64,000 nucleotides of DNA from the human T2T-CHM13v2.0 reference genome, Homo sapiens. Below, piece by piece: positions 57,873 through 64,000 of this stretch. The position numbers were made by a program, and so were the translations under genes. A model generated the notes under the pieces. It saw nothing but the letters and a program-made list of their open reading frames with translations, was not told where the DNA came from and did no database searches. How positions within the stretch are numbered: the first letter of the stretch is position 1; each line of letters begins with the position of its first letter. The DNA is taken from positions 32,832,001 to 32,896,000 of the forward strand of contig CP086569.2 of NCBI GenBank assembly GCA_009914755.4, given 5' to 3'.

Positions 57873-59975
57873 AGATCCATATTTTTTAAATGAAAAAAAA
57901 TTTCAAAGGTACTCTGCTTGGTACAATAATCAAATGTATAAACTGAGGAATAAAACATAACCATGAAACCTACTTATAACTGCATATGGAAAATACAGAG
58001 GATAATTTTTTAAATAACATATTTTGAAAGCCTTAACTAGTAATTTGAAGAGTTGGCATTTGAAAGGCCAGTATGAATATACCTTCAAAGCAGCAACACA
58101 GGTTCCCCATGAGAAAAAGCAAACACAGGGAAAGTAAAAACACAAAGGTTCAATCTCTTCTGACCTTTGAAAGACACAGCACAGACAGTGGTCCTTAGGA
58201 CGAAGAGCAGGAGACCCCTAATTCCGTCACCATGGCGATAGGGCATAAACATTGCTGGGTGAGGGCACAATCCACATTGTGAGGTCCAACTGCTGCCAGG
58301 AAGACAGGAGTGCTTTTACATAGACCGAAAGGTCATTGAAGGCTCAGAGTTTTGTTTCAAGAACTGAATCCCAAGCCCACACGTTATTAGGCTGCGCTTC
58401 TTAAAACAAGTTGTGAGATGAGAAAAAGGGCACCCACAAACATACGTATACATTATGTATATAATAATATACAGTGTCATATATATAATATATATAACCT
58501 ATGTATAATATTGTTTTACATCCTGCATCTTATGTTATTTATATTGTATAAAATATAATAATTGATAATATATAAGTTTTATAATTATACAATATGACAT
58601 ATAGTATATATTATAATTTATGACATATATAATATATGTTATATATCATATATAGAATATATTATACGGTTAATATACGTATTAAATATAAATTATACAT
58701 TATATATATTATATATAATATATCTGGTATATATAATACCCATTATGCATAATATATATATTATGTCTATGTTATATATAGTATAAAACAACATATAATA
58801 ATATATAATTGTATATATAAAATGCGACATATAATATATATTATATTTTATAACATATGTAATATATATTATATATTATATATAATACGTTGTATGTATA
58901 ATACCTATATTAAATATATAATATGACTATGTTATTAATTACATGTCACATGTGTTATATATTATATATTTTACATAGAATATACCGGTTACATACAATA
59001 TATACTATGTTACCTATAATGTATAATTTATTACATGTAAAATAAAGAATGCAATATATTATGTATAATTTATAATATACAATATGTGGAATGTGATATA
59101 TATAACATATAATATATGATATATGATATACAGTATATGATATATAACATACAATATATGATTCCTAATCTATATGGTATACAATATATATTTTATGATA
59201 TGTATTCTATATGTTTTATATTCTGTTATATATAACTATTTGAAATTATATATAACTGTATAATATTTTATGTAAATATGTAATATAATATATATAACTA
59301 TATAATATATTATATATAACTATATATTATGTTATATATACTTTTATAACATAATTTACATAAAATATCATAATATAATATATATTATATTATTTCATAT
59401 TACATAATATATATTACATATCACCCAATATAACTAACATACATAATATTATAATATAGATTATATTATGTTATATTAAATATCATATATATCATGTATC
59501 ATATATTCTATAATATATATTACACATTATATAATATGTATGTTGTCTATTATGTGATATATATAACTATATAAATAGTTATATTTTTATACATATAACT
59601 AGATAAACATGTAATTCTACATATTTTCATTTATAATATGTAGAATTATATAATCATATATAATTATTTATATTCTATAAAAAATTTTATCATTATATAA
59701 ATTATAATATATAAAAATTATAATATGTACTACAAATATATATATTATATATCATATATGATATAGTACCTTTGTTATATATCATAATACATATAAATGT
59801 GTATTATGTTATCTATAATTATATAATTTCATATATAAGATGTATAATATGTATCATATATTATATATGTTATGTAATATATATAGTATATATAAGATGA
59901 CACAGGATAAATATTATATACTATGACATATAAAATATATGAGGTTATATGTTACATATAAGGCATAGCACATAA

Positions 59976-60290
<315 letters not shown>

Positions 60291-62418
60291 AGATCCATAT
60301 TTTTTAAATGAAAAAAAATTTCAAAGGTACTCTGCTTGGTACAATAATCAAATGTATAAACTGAGGAATAAAACATAACCATGAAACCTACTTATAACTG
60401 CATATGGAAAATACAGAGGATAATTTTTTAAATAACATATTTTGAAAGCCTTAACTAGTAATTTGAAGAGTTGGCATTTGAAAGGCCAGTATGAATATAC
60501 CTTCAAAGCAGCAACACAGGTTCCCCATGAGAAAAAGCAAACACAGGGAAAATAAAAACACAAAGGTTCAATCTCTTCTGACCTTTGAAAGACACAGCAC
60601 AGACAGTGGTCCTTAGGACGAAGAGCAGGAGACCCCTAATTCCGTCACCATGGCGATAGGGCATAAACATTGCTGGGTGAGGGCACAATCCACATTGTGA
60701 GGTCCAACTGCTGCCAGGAAGACAGGAGTGCTTTAACATAGACCGAAAGGTCATTGAAGGCTCAGAGTTTTGTTTCAAGAACTGAATCCCAAGCCCACAC
60801 GTTATTAGGCTGCGCTTCTTAAAACAAGTTATGAGATGGGAAAAAGGGCACCCACAAACATACGTATACATTATGTATATAATAATATACAGTGTCATAT
60901 ATATAATATATATAACCTATGTATAATATTGTTTTACATCCTGCATCTTATGTTATTTATATTGTATAAAATATAATAATTGATAATATATAAGTTTTAT
61001 AATTATGCAATATGACATATGGTATATATTATAATTTATGACATATATAATATATGTTATATATCATATATAGAATATATTATACGGTTAATATACGTAT
61101 TAAATATAAATTATACATTATATATATTATATATAATATATCTGTTATATATAATACCCATTATGCATAATATATATATTATGTCTATGTTATATATAGT
61201 ATAAAACAACATATAATAATATATAATTGTATATATAAAATGCGACATATAATATATATTATATTTTATAACATATGTAATATATATTATATATTATATA
61301 TAATACGTTGTATGTATAATACCTATATTAAATATATATTATATGACTATGTTATTAATTACATGTCACATGTGTTATATATTATATATTTTACATAGAA
61401 TATACCGGTTACATACAATATATACTATGTTACCTATAATGTATAATTTATTACATGTAAAATAAAGAATGCAATATATTATGTAAAATTTATAATATAC
61501 AATATGTGGAATGTGATATATATAACATATAATATATGATATATGATATACAGTATATGATATATAACATACAATATATGATTCCTAATATATATGGTAT
61601 ACAATATATATTTTATGATATGTATCCTATATGTTTTATATTCTGTTATATATAACTATTTGAAATTATATATAAATGTATAATATTTTATGTAAATATG
61701 TAATATAATATATATAACTATATAATATATTATATATAACTATATATTATGTTATATATATTTTTATAACATAATTTACATAAAATATCATAATATAATA
61801 TATATTATATTATTTCATATTACATAATATATATTACATATCACCCAATATAACTAACATACATAATATTATAATATAGATTATATTGTGTTATATTAAA
61901 TATCATATATATCTTGTATCATATATTCTATAATATATATTACACATTATATAATATGTATGTTGTCTATTATGTGATATATATAACTATATATATAATT
62001 ATATTTTTATACATATAACTAGATAAACATGTAATTCTACATATTTTCATTTATAATATGTAGAATTATATAATCATATATAATTATTTATATTCTATAA
62101 AAAATTTTATCATTATATAAATTATAATATATAAAAATTATAATATGTACTACAAATATATATATTATATATCATATATGATATAGTACCTTTGTTATAT
62201 ATCACAATACATATAAATGTGTATTATGTTATCTATAATTATATAATTTCATATATAAGATGTATAATATGTATCTTATATTATATAAGTTATGTAATAT
62301 ATATAGTATATATAAGATGACACAGGATAAATATTATATACTATGACATATAAAATATATGAGGTTATATGTTACATATAAGGCATAGCACATAACATGT
62401 AATATATATCATATATAA

Positions 62419-62710
62419 TTTTTTTTTAGACAGAATCTTGTCCTGTTGCACATGGTGGGGTACAATGGCGCCATCTTTGCTCACTGCAACTTCTGCCTCA
62501 CGGGTCCAAGCGATTGTCCTCCCTCAGCCTCCCAGGTAGCTGGGACTACACCACACTGGGACTACACCAGCTGCCACCATGCCTAGCTAATTTTTTGGAT
62601 TTTTAGTAGTGACAGCGTTTCACTGTATTGGCCAGGATGGTCTTGATCTCTTCACCTTGTGATCCCCTTGCCTTGGCCTCCAAATTTGCTGGGATTACAG
62701 GCCTGAGCCA
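62419..62710 (-). mobile_element. Alu, unit 23
   Basis: Same element at the unit period. Confidence 0.93.
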
Positions 62711-64000
62711 AGATCCATATTTTCTAAATGAAAAAAAATTTCAAAGGTACTCTGCTTGGTACAATAATCAAATGTATAAACTGAGGAATAAAACATAACC
62801 ATGAAACCTACTTATAACTGCATATGGAAAATACAGAGGATAATTTTTTAAATAACATATTTTGAAAGCCTTAACTAGTAATTTGAAGAGTTGGCATTTG
62901 AAAGGCCAGTATGAATATACCTTCAAAGCAGCAACACAGGTTCCCCATGAGAAAAAGCAAACACAGGGAAAATAAAAACACAAAGGTTCAATCTCTTCTG
63001 ACCTTTGAAAGACACAGCACAGACAGTGGTCCTTAGGACGAAGAGCAGGAGACCCCTAATTCCGTCACCATGGCGATAGGGCATAAACATTGCTGGGTGA
63101 GGGCACAATCCACATTGTGAGGTCCAACTGCTGCCAGGAAGACAGGAGTGCTTTTACATAGACCGAAAGGTCATTGAAGGCTCAGAGTTTTGTTTCAAGA
63201 ACTGAATCCCAAGCCCACACGTTATTAGGCTGCGCTTCTTAAAACAAGTTATGAGATGGGAAAAAGGGCACCCACAAACATACGTATACATTATGTATAA
63301 AATAATATACAGTGTCATATATATAATATATATAACCTAGGTATAATATTGTTTTACATCCTGCATCTTATGTTATTTATATTGTATAAAATATAATAAT
63401 TGATAATATATAAGTTTTATAATTATACAATACGACATATAGTATATATTATAATTTATGACATATAAAATATATGTTATATATCATATATAGAATATAT
63501 TATACGGTTAATATACGTATTAAATATAAATTATACATTATATATATTATATATAATATATCTGTTATATATAATACTCATTATGCATAATATATATATT
63601 ATGTCTATGTTATATATAGTATAAAACAACATATAATAATATATAATTGTATATATAAAATGCGACATATAATATATATTATATTTTATAACATATGTAA
63701 TATATATTATATATAATACGTTGTATGTATAATACCTATATTAAATATATATTATATGACTATGTTATTAATTACATGTCACATGTGTTATATATTATAT
63801 ATTTTACATAGAATATACCGGTTACATACAATATATACTATGTTACCTATAATGTATAATTTATTACATGTAAAATAAAGAATGCAATATATTATGTATA
63901 ATTTATAATATACAATATGTGGAATGTGATACATATAACATATAATATATGATATATGATATACAGTACATGATATATAACATACAATATATGATTCCTA

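Overview
This window is human (or very close primate) Y-chromosome heterochromatin of the Yq12 type. It contains no genes. It spans a junction between two satellite arrays.

(1) Positions 1-8469 are HSat3 pentameric (GGAAT)n satellite, GGAAT on the + strand. It is organised as a 3544-bp higher-order repeat present in 2.39 copies that are about 99% identical to each other. This matches the 3.5-kb DYZ1 repeat.

(2) Positions 8470-64000 are a tandem array of a 2.41-2.42-kb unit, about 22.6 units. Each unit is built the same way: a near-full-length Alu in minus orientation (about 292 bp), then a non-AT 'spacer' of about 570 bp, then an extremely AT-rich segment of about 1.55 kb (HSat1B-like). This matches DYZ2. 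I found 23 Alu copies and 23 spacer copies, spaced 2411-2420 bp apart.

All ORFs in the supplied track are consequences of low-complexity or repeated sequence and none is credible coding sequence. I see no rRNA, tRNA, CRISPR, prokaryotic-style operon, defense system or other protein-coding 'system' here.

What is worth attention is structural:
- the DYZ1/DYZ2 breakpoint itself, with 3-bp microhomology;
- a 768-bp intra-unit deletion in the first DYZ2 unit, between two similar internal motifs;
- a 16-bp tandem duplication inside the Alu that is shared by all copies;
- clear variant domains along the DYZ2 array, with neighbouring units sharing private variants, including a possible short conversion patch and three consecutive near-identical units.

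DYZ1/DYZ2 identity, subfamily calls and approximate numbers come from reading the sequence and ORF-track spacings, not from database searches.
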